Shown here one piece after another: positions 33,359-43,836 of a stretch of DNA of 64,000 bases. The notes under the pieces were generated by a model. It was not told where the DNA came from. It worked only from the letters and a program-made list of their open reading frames with translations, and did not search any database. Where the stretch lies: IMG/VR virus record IMGVR_UViG_3300034374_009547, one strand, 5' to 3'. Each line of letters opens with the position of its first letter. The stretch's first letter is position 1. The translations under genes and the position numbers were made by a program. This DNA is from a virus. Taxonomy: Duplodnaviria > Caudoviricetes.

Positions 33359-36358
33359 ATGACCGAATCACATTACTCGTTAGGTACTTATACAGCAGAG
33401 CAGTATACCGCACTACACAACGAGCTTACAAGCTCTACGGACATAGCAAATGTACCAGATAGGGTTTGCAGTTGCTCAGACGAAAAAGAACATAGTCCAA
33501 CAAGAGGATGTTTTCTTTTAACAGAAGATGAAGCAACAGCACTTAAAAACGATCCTAGGGTATTGTTTATAAACATAGATTACTTATCATATCCTGAAAC
33601 ATACGCACCGCCGCCAGACGAACTACATGCATCAGTAAGTCCATCACTATTAAACAGATGGGGCGGAAATGTAAAAGTTTACAAAGAATTTGAAGATAGT
33701 AACACTCTACCATCAACTCCAACTTCGGCAGATTGGAACAGAACTGGTTATCAAATACTAAGAGGAATGTATGAAGTAGATCCTTGGATAAATGATGGCG
33801 TTGCAGATGATACCGTAAAGTTTGAAAATATTACACAATTAGGCGACGGTATAGATGTCGATGTTATTGTTGCAGATGACGGAGCAGGATGGATAGGTCA
33901 TCCAGAGTTTCAAAACAATTGTGAGGCACCTAAACCAGATGGATACACAGGTGGCAATCTCTTGCCTGGTGAAGGTACATGCGATGTTTTAGATTTAGTT
34001 CTTGATGCGCCTTATTATTTAGATCCGGATTACTTTAATGCAGATCCTGATAATAGACTCACTACACGCTGGGACGGAACAATAGTACCTGTAGAAACTC
34101 ATTCACGTAACTGGTGGTCTAGTTCACTTTATAGGAGCAGTGCCTTTAAAGCAAAACATCCAGGTGCTGGTTATACAAGTAGTATAACAACTAGTTACAC
34201 AAGAAGTAATTGTAATGGTAGTAACACAGCACAGAGCGCTGTAGGACAGCACTGCACGCCCTGTATGGCGCTTACATACGGTAGAACACAAGGTTGGGCA
34301 TACAATGCTAACAAATGGGTTTTAAACTTGTATGGTACATATGGCTCAGATATCGAGCGTGGATTTGACATTCAAAAAATATTTCATAATACAAAACCTG
34401 TGAATAGAAAATATGGTACGCAGGATCCAACGGTGAGCTCAAATAGTTGGGGTTATCGTGCAAGCAAAGGTGATAACCCAGGATGGTATCATTTTAGAGA
34501 AGATTCACCTGTAACATATGCAGGAACAGGTGCAGAACCTACATTTATCTCGCACATGGGATCACAAGGGGATAGCGGTCGCTGGAAAAGTGAAATGAAA
34601 ACCAACTCACTTACAACTGCATTAGACGAACTTATCGACAGCGGAGTAATATTTGTGTGTGCTGCTGGTAATAGTAACCAAAAACAAACCAACTGGGGGC
34701 ATCCTGATTTTGACAACTATATCAGTGCCAACAGCGATGACACTATCGAAGAAAGCAGTTATTTTGAATTTAGCGTAGAAACCACTGGTACAACCAATAG
34801 ACGTGGATTTCCGCAACAAGGTGGCAAACATGATTTAAGTGACGGTCTCGGTAGCGATTTCTTTAAGCGTGAACTTACGGTTAATGGTGTACGTATTGTA
34901 GGAGCCGGTAGCGTTGGTGGGCAGGTAGCAGTGCCAGATGCGTGGTTAGAAAAAGTTGGACGTATGTTTGAACTTTTCTTAGACAAAAATGCCGCAGGTA
35001 TTAACGAAGAATACCAAAGAAACTTAATCAAAACACTAAGTGGCGACACAGGAACTTATCACGCAGGCTTACCAACACTTCAAAGAGTAGCAAGAGGCGC
35101 CGGTGGAGACTATAGCACAAACTTCTTAACAGATGATGGTATTACTTTTTGGAATCTATCACCACTATTTGATAGCCATGTAGCAAACGATATGGTTTGG
35201 TATTTGAATTCAACCGGTGATGGGTATGGCGATGGTGACAACGATGCACAAGAAGTTATTGAACACGTATTCCACACACTACACATGCACGGGTTACCTG
35301 CAGATGATATAAAACTATATCAGTTCTTGGCCCCTGATTGGCAGTCAGGTGATTTGTATGCGGCAATGGAAGAAGCCTATGATGCAGGCAAGTGGGATAG
35401 TTCGGGATATGGCGGAAATGCTTGGAAGACTGATGCAGATGCATTTGAAGTAGCAGCAAAAGAATATTTGTATCTGCTAAACTTTTGTATGTTTGAATAC
35501 ACAGAATTATGGGACGGCGGAAGTCTTGCTCCTGAATGGACAGACGATATGCGTACCCAAGCAGGCATTCAAGCAAATAATCCATTGGGTTATGCTTTCC
35601 ATAATACTTGGATTGCTCCGGTTATTAGTAAGCCATCGCTTGCTACTATTAGAAGCATATTCCAAGATGGCAACACACCAGAACAAGACGATCCAAGTCT
35701 AGCAGGTGTATCAGGATATGTTGTAAGTAACGGAAGTACGCAGGACCCTGAATACAACAATGGACCGCTTATTAGCAATGGAGAAGTTGCATATAAAACA
35801 ATCAACATTGGTGCACTAAATGATCAACATGCTACAGGTCCTAAAGAAAGAAAAGTTGGCTATAGTGATAGAGGAAATGCCATAGACGTATATGCACCTG
35901 CTGATGGTACACTAGCAGCAAATAGAAGTTATACTCCAGAAGGTAGATACCCTGACACGTATCCTGGATTCACAGCAAACAGCGGATCAGGTGCAGGTGT
36001 TCCTGAAGAAACTGGATTTAGTGGTACTAGTGCTGCATGTCCTGTCGCAGCTGGTTTTATTTCTACACTTGTAGGTTTAAATAGAAACTGGGGTTGGCGT
36101 GAAGTCAAAGATTATTTTGAAAGTTTGAACGAACAAAGTGATGCTAATTTTTACAAAGGTAGCGTGTCGACTAGTGCAACTGATGCTAACTGGCTAGACT
36201 ATGATGGTTTAGAAGGTGGAAGAGCAACCGTTATGTACCAAGATGCTAATTTGATTAATCAAACTACATTTCCTAAACGTCAAAGTAAAATTTCAAACGG
36301 GTTGCAAACAAGTGGAATAACTATAAACTATATTAACAAGTTTGATAGAGGACGTTAA
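33359..36358 (+). CDS. Subtilisin-like (S8) serine peptidase with an inserted zincin-like domain
   Basis: Propeptide-like EATALKNDPRV, Asp VIVADDG, His HCTPCMA, oxyanion AAGNSN, Ser GTSAACP. Insert carries EHVFHTLH. Confidence 0.8.
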   Translation: MTESHYSLGTYTAEQYTALHNELTSSTDIANVPDRVCSCSDEKEHSPTRGCFLLTEDEATALKNDPRVLFINIDYLSYPETYAPPPDELHASVSPSLLNRWGGNVKVYKEFEDSNTLPSTPTSADWNRTGYQILRGMYEVDPWINDGVADDTVKFENITQLGDGIDVDVIVADDGAGWIGHPEFQNNCEAPKPDGYTGGNLLPGEGTCDVLDLVLDAPYYLDPDYFNADPDNRLTTRWDGTIVPVETHSRNWWSSSLYRSSAFKAKHPGAGYTSSITTSYTRSNCNGSNTAQSAVGQHCTPCMALTYGRTQGWAYNANKWVLNLYGTYGSDIERGFDIQKIFHNTKPVNRKYGTQDPTVSSNSWGYRASKGDNPGWYHFREDSPVTYAGTGAEPTFISHMGSQGDSGRWKSEMKTNSLTTALDELIDSGVIFVCAAGNSNQKQTNWGHPDFDNYISANSDDTIEESSYFEFSVETTGTTNRRGFPQQGGKHDLSDGLGSDFFKRELTVNGVRIVGAGSVGGQVAVPDAWLEKVGRMFELFLDKNAAGINEEYQRNLIKTLSGDTGTYHAGLPTLQRVARGAGGDYSTNFLTDDGITFWNLSPLFDSHVANDMVWYLNSTGDGYGDGDNDAQEVIEHVFHTLHMHGLPADDIKLYQFLAPDWQSGDLYAAMEEAYDAGKWDSSGYGGNAWKTDADAFEVAAKEYLYLLNFCMFEYTELWDGGSLAPEWTDDMRTQAGIQANNPLGYAFHNTWIAPVISKPSLATIRSIFQDGNTPEQDDPSLAGVSGYVVSNGSTQDPEYNNGPLISNGEVAYKTINIGALNDQHATGPKERKVGYSDRGNAIDVYAPADGTLAANRSYTPEGRYPDTYPGFTANSGSGAGVPEETGFSGTSAACPVAAGFISTLVGLNRNWGWREVKDYFESLNEQSDANFYKGSVSTSATDANWLDYDGLEGGRATVMYQDANLINQTTFPKRQSKISNGLQTSGITINYINKFDRGR

Positions 36359-37236
36359 AAAGGAATAGGTTTAAGATTATAATTGTCTTCTAACAAAGCA
36401 TAATTTAAACCTACTCTATTTACATACCCTTCTCTTGAATATTTTTTACCAAATGTTTTGTTTGTAAAGCTGTATCCTAAAAATACCGTATCACTTGGTT
36501 CAAAATCTATTTCATTGCATATCTTTATTTGTTTACTTCTGTATTTGTTATACACATAGTCTGCTGAAAAATTTTTAAGCAAGTTTGTATGCATTCCTAA
36601 ACTTACATGATTTACATAATAGTATTCATTAATTAATTTCATTGCAATATTTTGTTCATTGGTAAAACATATTCCTGTTCTACAAAATCCAGTAACAAAT
36701 GTTTTGCTTAAACTAAACGCAACAAATTTAATACAAGGTTGATGTACATTTATATTTACATTAGCACAAGTTCCAAAAAAGGCCATATCTAAAAAGACAG
36801 GAATATCACACAAATTACAATAATCGATTATGTCATCAAAATGTTCGTGTTTGTTTCCATGGGCAGAAAATGGATAACTTATAATCAATTTATTTTGTTT
36901 AGATAACTCTTTTAAGTTATCGATTGATTTTATTCCTAAAGTATGATGATAAGGATATTCACCTCTAAATACACATGTTTCTAAATGTTTATAGCTTTTT
37001 TCAAAATCGCTAAATGCACTTGTAACTCCATCAGTGACATATGCACTAAAATTATTTAATCCAGTTACACAATTATTTTTGCTTGTTATAATCCAGTTTT
37101 TATATGTTACAATAAAAGTTTCAATATTATGCCATTTTGCAACTAAATCATATTCAAAATTTGGATCTTTTATTCCTTCAGCTCTATACGTTATCATATT
37201 TTCTTTTGGGAATTTTACTATCTGCTGAACTAACAC
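36355..37236 (-). CDS. Fold-type I PLP-dependent enzyme, paralog of 17512..18420
   Basis: GVTSAF, RGEYPYH, FLDMAFFG, SLSKTF, RTG. Start uncertain. Confidence 0.75.
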   Translation of the reverse strand: MLVQQIVKFPKENMITYRAEGIKDPNFEYDLVAKWHNIETFIVTYKNWIITSKNNCVTGLNNFSAYVTDGVTSAFSDFEKSYKHLETCVFRGEYPYHHTLGIKSIDNLKELSKQNKLIISYPFSAHGNKHEHFDDIIDYCNLCDIPVFLDMAFFGTCANVNINVHQPCIKFVAFSLSKTFVTGFCRTGICFTNEQNIAMKLINEYYYVNHVSLGMHTNLLKNFSADYVYNKYRSKQIKICNEIDFEPSDTVFLGYSFTNKTFGKKYSREGYVNRVGLNYALLEDNYNLKPIPF

Positions 37237-38305
37237 AACTTTCAGTCATACAAGGCATCGGTTTATCAAACAATTTAAATCCTGTTTCTATATTGCCAAG
37301 TGGAACGTCATGACAGCTATAACTACGCTTAATACTACCGTCTGGTTCTCTAATAATAATTCCTTGATATCCTGCATTGCAATTCCACCCTTTAAATTTA
37401 TTAAAGTTAAACGCATTAAAACGTTCTGCTTGATCCATATACCATGCTTTACCAGTACTATCTCTAAATTCAACTTGCATATGCCAAGGTACACTTGCAT
37501 CATGCTTGTACATAATGTCAGTAGGTATTTCAAACTTTGGTTTTGGCCTATCTACAAATTTTCTTTTTGATTCTGTGTAGGCTCTTTGTGGCATACCGTT
37601 CCAGAGTCTTTTAAGCATTTCGTCACTATACCCATCCACAACACGGGAGGCCGTTGGATCGGACTGGGGCTTAAGAGTAACATTAATTCCTTGTTCATGG
37701 AAGAATAAGGCGTTTTCCCAATCTCGCTCAAACCATTCAGGAACCATAACCATATTAATTGTAACTTGTACATCGTGTTCTTGACACAGGATTAGTTTAT
37801 CTGCAAAATCCTGCATTTTCTCCTTTGTGTCTAAATGCTCTGTATGAAGACTTGCTGTAATACTTGCTCTATGAAACGGCTTAACACGTTCTACATAATC
37901 CTCAAACCACTTCATTGGGCGTGAGCAGTTTGATGTCATATGGACAGAAGTATAATTAGTATTATCGACATCATCAGCCAAGTGACCAAGTATGTCCAAG
38001 TACCCTGGATGAAAGGTAGGCTCGCCCCCAGACAAACTAAAATGAAAGCTATTAAATCCGTTATCACGTGCTTGCCTCTTTATTTCATCAATTGTTTTAA
38101 GACAGAGTTCAGTCGGTCTGTGGTCTTTTCGGTCACTCCTGGCATAAGGCCAACAATAACTGCAACGATAATTGCAAAATCTACCTAGTAACCAAGATAC
38201 CGTAAAGATATCTCTGTAGAGCAGCGTTCGTTGTCCCACTTGGACAATGTCGTTAAAAGGTATTTTAGTAAAGTCATAGTTTGACCATTTTAAATCTTCT
38301 GTCAT
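37184..38305 (-). CDS. Radical SAM protein with C-terminal SPASM/twitch-like Cys module
   Basis: CNYRCSYC, SGGEPT, C-terminal CNAG..SC..CMTESC. Confidence 0.9.
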   Translation of the reverse strand: MTEDLKWSNYDFTKIPFNDIVQVGQRTLLYRDIFTVSWLLGRFCNYRCSYCWPYARSDRKDHRPTELCLKTIDEIKRQARDNGFNSFHFSLSGGEPTFHPGYLDILGHLADDVDNTNYTSVHMTSNCSRPMKWFEDYVERVKPFHRASITASLHTEHLDTKEKMQDFADKLILCQEHDVQVTINMVMVPEWFERDWENALFFHEQGINVTLKPQSDPTASRVVDGYSDEMLKRLWNGMPQRAYTESKRKFVDRPKPKFEIPTDIMYKHDASVPWHMQVEFRDSTGKAWYMDQAERFNAFNFNKFKGWNCNAGYQGIIIREPDGSIKRSYSCHDVPLGNIETGFKLFDKPMPCMTESCVSSADSKIPKRKYDNV

Positions 38306-38311
38306 ATTAGT

Positions 38312-38340
38312 ATTATATACTCATTTATTGTTTTTGTCAA
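38312..38340 (-). promoter_or_regulatory. Consensus sigma70 promoter, predicted leaderless transcript
   Basis: TTGACA (38340-38335)-17 nt-TATAAT (38317-38312), then 6 nt to ATG 38305. No RBS. Confidence 0.8.
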
Positions 38341-38999
38341 TTATGATATTTTATAAATTTTCCTACTTCCGGTCTAGGCTGATTTGAATGCACACCACGT
38401 TTGTATACAATACCATCAACCGGGCATCTCCAATATCCTTCGGCTTCAGGATTATGATCAAAATTTGGTTTTGTTCCAATACCCAAGCAAACCCATGTTT
38501 GATGATTGTCATAACCAATTTTTTTAGCAAAATAACTAGGGTCAGGAATACAACCACAAAATCCTGCTTGGTATCCTAAATCATATGCAGCATGTACTAG
38601 GTGCATTGCAGCCATTCCTACTTCCATATGTGATTGTGCAACATTGTCTATCATAACTCCAATAGGCCAATCTGTTTCAGGAACTGGTAAGTCTGTAATA
38701 GGTGTAGTAGGAACGGTAAAAGTTATAAGCAATGGTGCTGCCATTTGGGGTTGTTTGTTAAATGGTTTATGATTAGAACTATCTTGATCAATCCAAGTAC
38801 AATATTCATACATCCATAATCTTAAATCTTTATTGCTCCAATTGAAAACATCTATAAAGTATGGATATCTTCCTTGCTTACTAGGCAATGTTGCACATAA
38901 ATCATTCATTAGTTTTTCAACATGTTCTTCGGGTATAACTTCATTCATATTAAAATTGTTAAAGCTGTGCCGTGAATAAATTAATTCATTCCAGTCCAT
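38337..38999 (-). CDS. Nitroreductase-family flavoprotein
   Basis: SRHSFNNF (R.S.R.F-type FMN motif), PSKQG, EVGMAAMHL..AAYDLG..AGFCG. Confidence 0.75.
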   Translation of the reverse strand: MDWNELIYSRHSFNNFNMNEVIPEEHVEKLMNDLCATLPSKQGRYPYFIDVFNWSNKDLRLWMYEYCTWIDQDSSNHKPFNKQPQMAAPLLITFTVPTTPITDLPVPETDWPIGVMIDNVAQSHMEVGMAAMHLVHAAYDLGYQAGFCGCIPDPSYFAKKIGYDNHQTWVCLGIGTKPNFDHNPEAEGYWRCPVDGIVYKRGVHSNQPRPEVGKFIKYHN

Positions 39000-40203
39000 T
39001 TAATACTTCTCCTAACCAAGGAAATTCAACAAAATAATCTTTTTGCTTCATTCCTCCTTGTAAAATATACCAATCTTTAGCTTTTTGTAATTGGTCTAAT
39101 TTCCTGTTTGTTCCTAGCATTGCTGCAACATTTTTACATAAATTTATATGATGTATGTTATGCTTTATGTTCAAACTTTCTAAGTAATCTATTGTCTTGT
39201 TGATTTCTGTTTTATATTTTAGCGGCAAAATACGAGGACTCATTGCAGCAGGTTCATTAACATAATTATGTCCTAGTTCCCATTTATCATTACCTCTATT
39301 TTTAATTGAAATATCTGTAATAGTTTTTATCATATTATAATGATAAGGCACACTTAATGCACTTATAGTAGGAAGCCAGCTAACACTTGTTACAGAACTA
39401 TCTTGCAAAATAGTTTCTGCATTTTTCCAAAATCTTTCCCATATCAATCCTTCACGTATTGTACTTCCTTCGTTACCCATGGCATCTATACTAGGACAAA
39501 TACGTAGATTTTTTAATCCACTATCTTTCCACATATCTAAAAAGTTTTCTAAAACCTTTGGTTTTACATTTAGGTTTGTTGTTAAACTTATTCCACCAAA
39601 TTTAGCATTTGAATTTTTATGTGCATCGATGATATTTTTAAAAACATCTGTAAACATAGGATCAAGTAAAGGTTCTCCACCAATAAAATTATAATCTAAC
39701 CATTGTTCAGATTTTCTAATATATTTGTACAAGTTGTCTAAGATTTTTGTTTTCCAAATATCTTCATCTGTATTATTGTTTTTTAATCCATCAATATCTG
39801 ACCACATACTACTTACATAACCATTACAATACATACATGTCATATTGCAAGTATTACTAAGCATTATTTCAATATGTCTTCCAGTATCATAATTAGGATT
39901 TTGCAGTTTTATTAAATCACTTTGTGTAAAATTATAATTTTTCCATGTATTCCAAACGCTCCACAAACTATCAGGATGATTTAAAGCACATTCTTTACAT
40001 CCATCAGGAAAATTATTTTGTTTTACAAAAAACTTTTTTTCTTTTTGTTCTTTTTTTCTATGTAAAAAAACTTGAGTGCCTTTTTCATCAATTTCATCTA
40101 TGGTTACTTTTTGATTAGTTTTTTTACAACAATTGACTATAGACTGCTGTGGCACACGAATGTTAATATCTGTCCACATTTTACTACAAACCATATGTTT
40201 CAT
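38986..40203 (-). CDS. Radical SAM protein, N-terminal twitch-like module
   Basis: CNMTCMYC, GGEP, N-terminal C..NCC..CKEC. Confidence 0.88.
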   Translation of the reverse strand: MKHMVCSKMWTDINIRVPQQSIVNCCKKTNQKVTIDEIDEKGTQVFLHRKKEQKEKKFFVKQNNFPDGCKECALNHPDSLWSVWNTWKNYNFTQSDLIKLQNPNYDTGRHIEIMLSNTCNMTCMYCNGYVSSMWSDIDGLKNNNTDEDIWKTKILDNLYKYIRKSEQWLDYNFIGGEPLLDPMFTDVFKNIIDAHKNSNAKFGGISLTTNLNVKPKVLENFLDMWKDSGLKNLRICPSIDAMGNEGSTIREGLIWERFWKNAETILQDSSVTSVSWLPTISALSVPYHYNMIKTITDISIKNRGNDKWELGHNYVNEPAAMSPRILPLKYKTEINKTIDYLESLNIKHNIHHINLCKNVAAMLGTNRKLDQLQKAKDWYILQGGMKQKDYFVEFPWLGEVLNGLE

Positions 40204-40910
40204 TTATAGGATCCTATAACGAGTTCATCTGCATCTGGCGGACCATACTCTTTTAAATTTATATCAAATTCACGTATATCATCAAAATGTTCTAAAATAC
40301 GTTTGGCAAATTGTATGTTATTTTTTTGATTCATATGACATGCTCTTAAATCAGCAAAATCGTCTTTCATAACATTTACCTTAAAAATTTCATGATCTAT
40401 ATCTGCTATCCGTGTCATAGAAGCTTTAATAGGTTCGTTTGCTGTTCTTGTCATAGCAGGAATACACAACTCAACATTTGGCATATTCCTAATTTCTTCA
40501 ACCAACAATTTCCAGTACAAGTTTTGTTCACGTTCGTCACAAATATATTGATAATAAAATTTCAATCCTGGTGCCATCTTTTTTGCTAGTATTGATTTTG
40601 GATCCCAATCTGATCTGTTTTCTCTGCGCATTATATAATGATATCCATAACAATGTTCAATATTGTAGTCAGTTAATTTTGGTAACCATAAACGATTAGG
40701 ATTAGTATAAATTACTATCAATTTATCGTACGCAGCTTCGTGTTGTCTAATTTGGTTGTATGTCCAATACAAACTGCTACCTGCAAATCCATGGTTGCCA
40801 ATATACCAATCTGGACGCATTTCTTGTAAATGCTCTGTCCAACGTTTTTGTTTCGCTTCCAAATCGCCAGTATGTCCTGCAAAGCTATCTCCAAAAACAC
40901 CGATCTTCAT
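40200..40910 (-). CDS. SGNH/GDSL-like protein
   Basis: IGVFGDSF, NHGFAGSS, CHMN. Likely start ATG 40910 (ATGA overlap). Confidence 0.65.
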   Translation of the reverse strand: MKIGVFGDSFAGHTGDLEAKQKRWTEHLQEMRPDWYIGNHGFAGSSLYWTYNQIRQHEAAYDKLIVIYTNPNRLWLPKLTDYNIEHCYGYHYIMRRENRSDWDPKSILAKKMAPGLKFYYQYICDEREQNLYWKLLVEEIRNMPNVELCIPAMTRTANEPIKASMTRIADIDHEIFKVNVMKDDFADLRACHMNQKNNIQFAKRILEHFDDIREFDINLKEYGPPDADELVIGSYK

Positions 40911-41626
40911 GTAATCAACTCTCCTGGTATAAACCAATAATCTACAGGACCGTGTGTCCTAGTAATAGCACTTTTAAATTGTACACTATAGTAATTATTC
41001 TCACGGAGCAAAGGAACCACTATATTCTGAGGACATTCAATTTGTATTATAGGTTTATATTTACTTACCGTCCATTCTGCTCCTAAAATAATCTTAGCAT
41101 CTGCACCTTCTGCATCAACTTTTATAAAGTCTATGTTTTTTATATTTTTTATTCTAACAAATTTGTCTATTGTGTTGGTTTGTACATTTAAGACTTTTGG
41201 TTCAAAATCTTCTTTCCATCTAAATCTGTCTAGGGTGTTACCTCCCATTTTTTCTGGATTTTTAGCTCTATATTCTTCAGGAACAACATAAAATTCTGTA
41301 AGTTTTCTGTGAGAGTATAAGGGTTGTTGTACTAAGGTAAAATTTTCGTATCCTTGTTGTACACACCATTTTTTAATTTCATTAATTGTGAAATCAGGTT
41401 CAAAACCATAAACATAATCATGCCACGAACATACACCCATAGACGTCGGATAATGTAAACCAACATTTATATATGTTCCTAGTTTTTTATAATGTTTTGC
41501 AATTGCATAACCTATATGATAGTTATCGTATTGCTTTTTTCCTAGTATAAATTCATCTCTTGTAATATTTCTAACTAGTTCTATATGGTTAAGGTGAATA
41601 ACTGGCAAACTCGGGAATAATTTCAA
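40907..41626 (-). CDS. FkbM-family SAM-dependent methyltransferase
   Basis: YINVG, YGFEP, TIDKF, IDFIKVDAEG, KPIIQIE. TTG start. Confidence 0.72.
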   Translation of the reverse strand: MKLFPSLPVIHLNHIELVRNITRDEFILGKKQYDNYHIGYAIAKHYKKLGTYINVGLHYPTSMGVCSWHDYVYGFEPDFTINEIKKWCVQQGYENFTLVQQPLYSHRKLTEFYVVPEEYRAKNPEKMGGNTLDRFRWKEDFEPKVLNVQTNTIDKFVRIKNIKNIDFIKVDAEGADAKIILGAEWTVSKYKPIIQIECPQNIVVPLLRENNYYSVQFKSAITRTHGPVDYWFIPGELIT

Positions 41627-42752
41627 TTAAATTTTCTTTCCTACTAATATCTAAATTTTTTGTATAATCAACAAACTTATTATATTTATTTGACCAATCT
41701 TCTGCATACATATAATCAATTATACCTTGCACTTTAGGTAACCAAGTATATGGTTCTAAACGTTTTGCTGCAAGATCTTTTAATTCTTTTGGTAGAACTC
41801 TAATGTTAAGTTCTTCAGGATGATTAAGAATATTAAAGTAAATCTTGTAGTCATAAGGCAATGCCCATTCTATAAAGTCATTTAGTTTTAATATATTGTA
41901 CATTTGTACCGTACAATGAATTTCTACAAATGCATTTTCAAGTTTAGTTATTGCCTCAAAGTTTTCTACAATTTTATCCCAGTTGCTTGGATATCTAATA
42001 TATCTATCTAACTCACCTGTAGCATCAATACTGCAATTTAGCTGTACACGTTTGAAATGACTCCATTTTTGCATCAATTCTGCAGGCACATTTGTAAGAT
42101 TAGTATTGTATTTTAATTTAATTTTTTTTGCTTTACCGCTATCAATATAATAATCTAATAATCTATGTTGTTCTTTGATAATAGTTGGCTCGCCACCAGT
42201 TAAATATATTTCCTCTACCGTATCTGCAATTTTAAAAAGATTATCCCATACCGTTTCGTGTTCTGGCCAATCCATATTTTTTAATCTATTGTATTCACTT
42301 TCTTCTAGTGCATCACTTACTAAATGCCATTCTTTTACCCATTGATTACTTGCATACGGATTGCACATACGGCATTTTAAGTTACATAGATTACCTAAAC
42401 GTATATCAACATAACGTATTGTAAAAGGTGCTTCAACTGGATAATCTCTATCTTGAGCCCATTTTTCATTCCAGTTTTGTCTAGTACTTGTTATACCAGC
42501 ATCTTCTTCTCTAAAGCAACGTGTACACATTTCAGGACGTTCGCCGTTGAGCATTTCTTGTCTAATTTTTTTGTAGGTTTCGCTATTCCATGCTTCTTCT
42601 ATATTGTCTTTGTTGACACGGTAAGCATTGCCATCATCTTTCATAATAAAATTCTTACCCGGTGTACTATTACAGCATACTCTCATAATGCCACTTGCAC
42701 TTGTAGCTAAACTCATCCATGGTAATACGCAAAATGTTTTAGATTGAGTCAT
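41589..42752 (-). CDS. Radical SAM protein, N-terminal twitch-like module
   Basis: CNLKCRMC, TGGEPT, N-terminal CVLPW..RVCC..CTRC. Confidence 0.92.
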   Translation of the reverse strand: MTQSKTFCVLPWMSLATSASGIMRVCCNSTPGKNFIMKDDGNAYRVNKDNIEEAWNSETYKKIRQEMLNGERPEMCTRCFREEDAGITSTRQNWNEKWAQDRDYPVEAPFTIRYVDIRLGNLCNLKCRMCNPYASNQWVKEWHLVSDALEESEYNRLKNMDWPEHETVWDNLFKIADTVEEIYLTGGEPTIIKEQHRLLDYYIDSGKAKKIKLKYNTNLTNVPAELMQKWSHFKRVQLNCSIDATGELDRYIRYPSNWDKIVENFEAITKLENAFVEIHCTVQMYNILKLNDFIEWALPYDYKIYFNILNHPEELNIRVLPKELKDLAAKRLEPYTWLPKVQGIIDYMYAEDWSNKYNKFVDYTKNLDISRKENLIEIIPEFASYSP

Positions 42753-43836
42753 AAATTTCTATTCCCTTTTCATCTAATAAATGAGGCAAAACTTGTTTTA
42801 AAGATTGATTTCTTATTTTATCTAATCTAGCAGTACTAACTATAAAGTTATTATACATTTTGAGATCAGTAGGTTGCTGCAACAAAGTTTTTATACCGTG
42901 TAATTTTGTAGGATCATTGTTGTATATATCTTCAATTTTTTCAATATCTGATATAATCGACTTTTTACTTTTTTCTGGCATCAAATTACATACCAAATAT
43001 TTTGGATTATCTAATATTATCCAATTAATTCTATGGTTAACAATTTTAGTAAATTCGTACATATTGTGTATGGTTAAATTTTGAACAACATAGTTATAAC
43101 TAAAACTTGTAAAGTTTAATTCTTCAATTTGTTTGATTCTTTCCAAACATTGTTTCCAACTAAATGTATTATCACCTCTCACATATTCGTATGTATTGCC
43201 TACTCCGTCTATACTTAGCTGGTAATCAATTTCAATATGCGAGGATAAATCAATAAACCATTGAGGAAGTTTGGTACCATTAGAAATAACTACAAGTTTC
43301 ACAGGAATGTTTAACTTGCTTATTTTTTCTAAAAAGTATTGTGCATTGGGATTAATTAAGGGCTCGCCGCCTTTGAGTTCAACTACAATACGTTTTTGAT
43401 TTTTTATATAATTTAAAATTTTATCAATTTCTTCTTTGGTAATTTGCCATTGAACCTGTTTCTTTCTTCCTAACTTTATTGCGTCTGCAAACCAGCTAGT
43501 GCTTAAATGTTCATTACACATCCTGCATTTTAAATTACAAAAATTACCTAAACTTATGTCTAATAAAAAATCACCATACTCAAATCTATAGTCATAACTT
43601 TGTCTACGACTTAGCAAATTATTTTCTTCAGCAAATTTACAACTACTGCATCCGTCAGGCCAATATCCGTTTTGTAATAATTTTTTTGTTTTTTTCCATT
43701 GTTTGCTAGAAAAAATATTGTCCACACTTTTATAATCCATAAGCATATCAAAAGTGTCTCTAAACTTACAACAAGGTCTTACATAACCATTAGGATCAAT
43801 AGAAATACTATGATGTAAACTATAACAATCATTCAT
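42739..43836 (-). CDS. Radical SAM protein, N-terminal twitch-like module
   Basis: CNLKCRMC, KGGEP, N-terminal C..RPCC..CSSC. Confidence 0.92.
   Translation of the reverse strand: MNDCYSLHHSISIDPNGYVRPCCKFRDTFDMLMDYKSVDNIFSSKQWKKTKKLLQNGYWPDGCSSCKFAEENNLLSRRQSYDYRFEYGDFLLDISLGNFCNLKCRMCNEHLSTSWFADAIKLGRKKQVQWQITKEEIDKILNYIKNQKRIVVELKGGEPLINPNAQYFLEKISKLNIPVKLVVISNGTKLPQWFIDLSSHIEIDYQLSIDGVGNTYEYVRGDNTFSWKQCLERIKQIEELNFTSFSYNYVVQNLTIHNMYEFTKIVNHRINWIILDNPKYLVCNLMPEKSKKSIISDIEKIEDIYNNDPTKLHGIKTLLQQPTDLKMYNNFIVSTARLDKIRNQSLKQVLPHLLDEKGIEIYDSI

Noticed and set aside
34830-35775. S8 insertion as an intein or intron
   Set aside because: No Cys/Ser start with a His-Asn end, no LAGLIDADG or HNH motifs, and the frame is continuous. 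It looks like a folded domain insertion.
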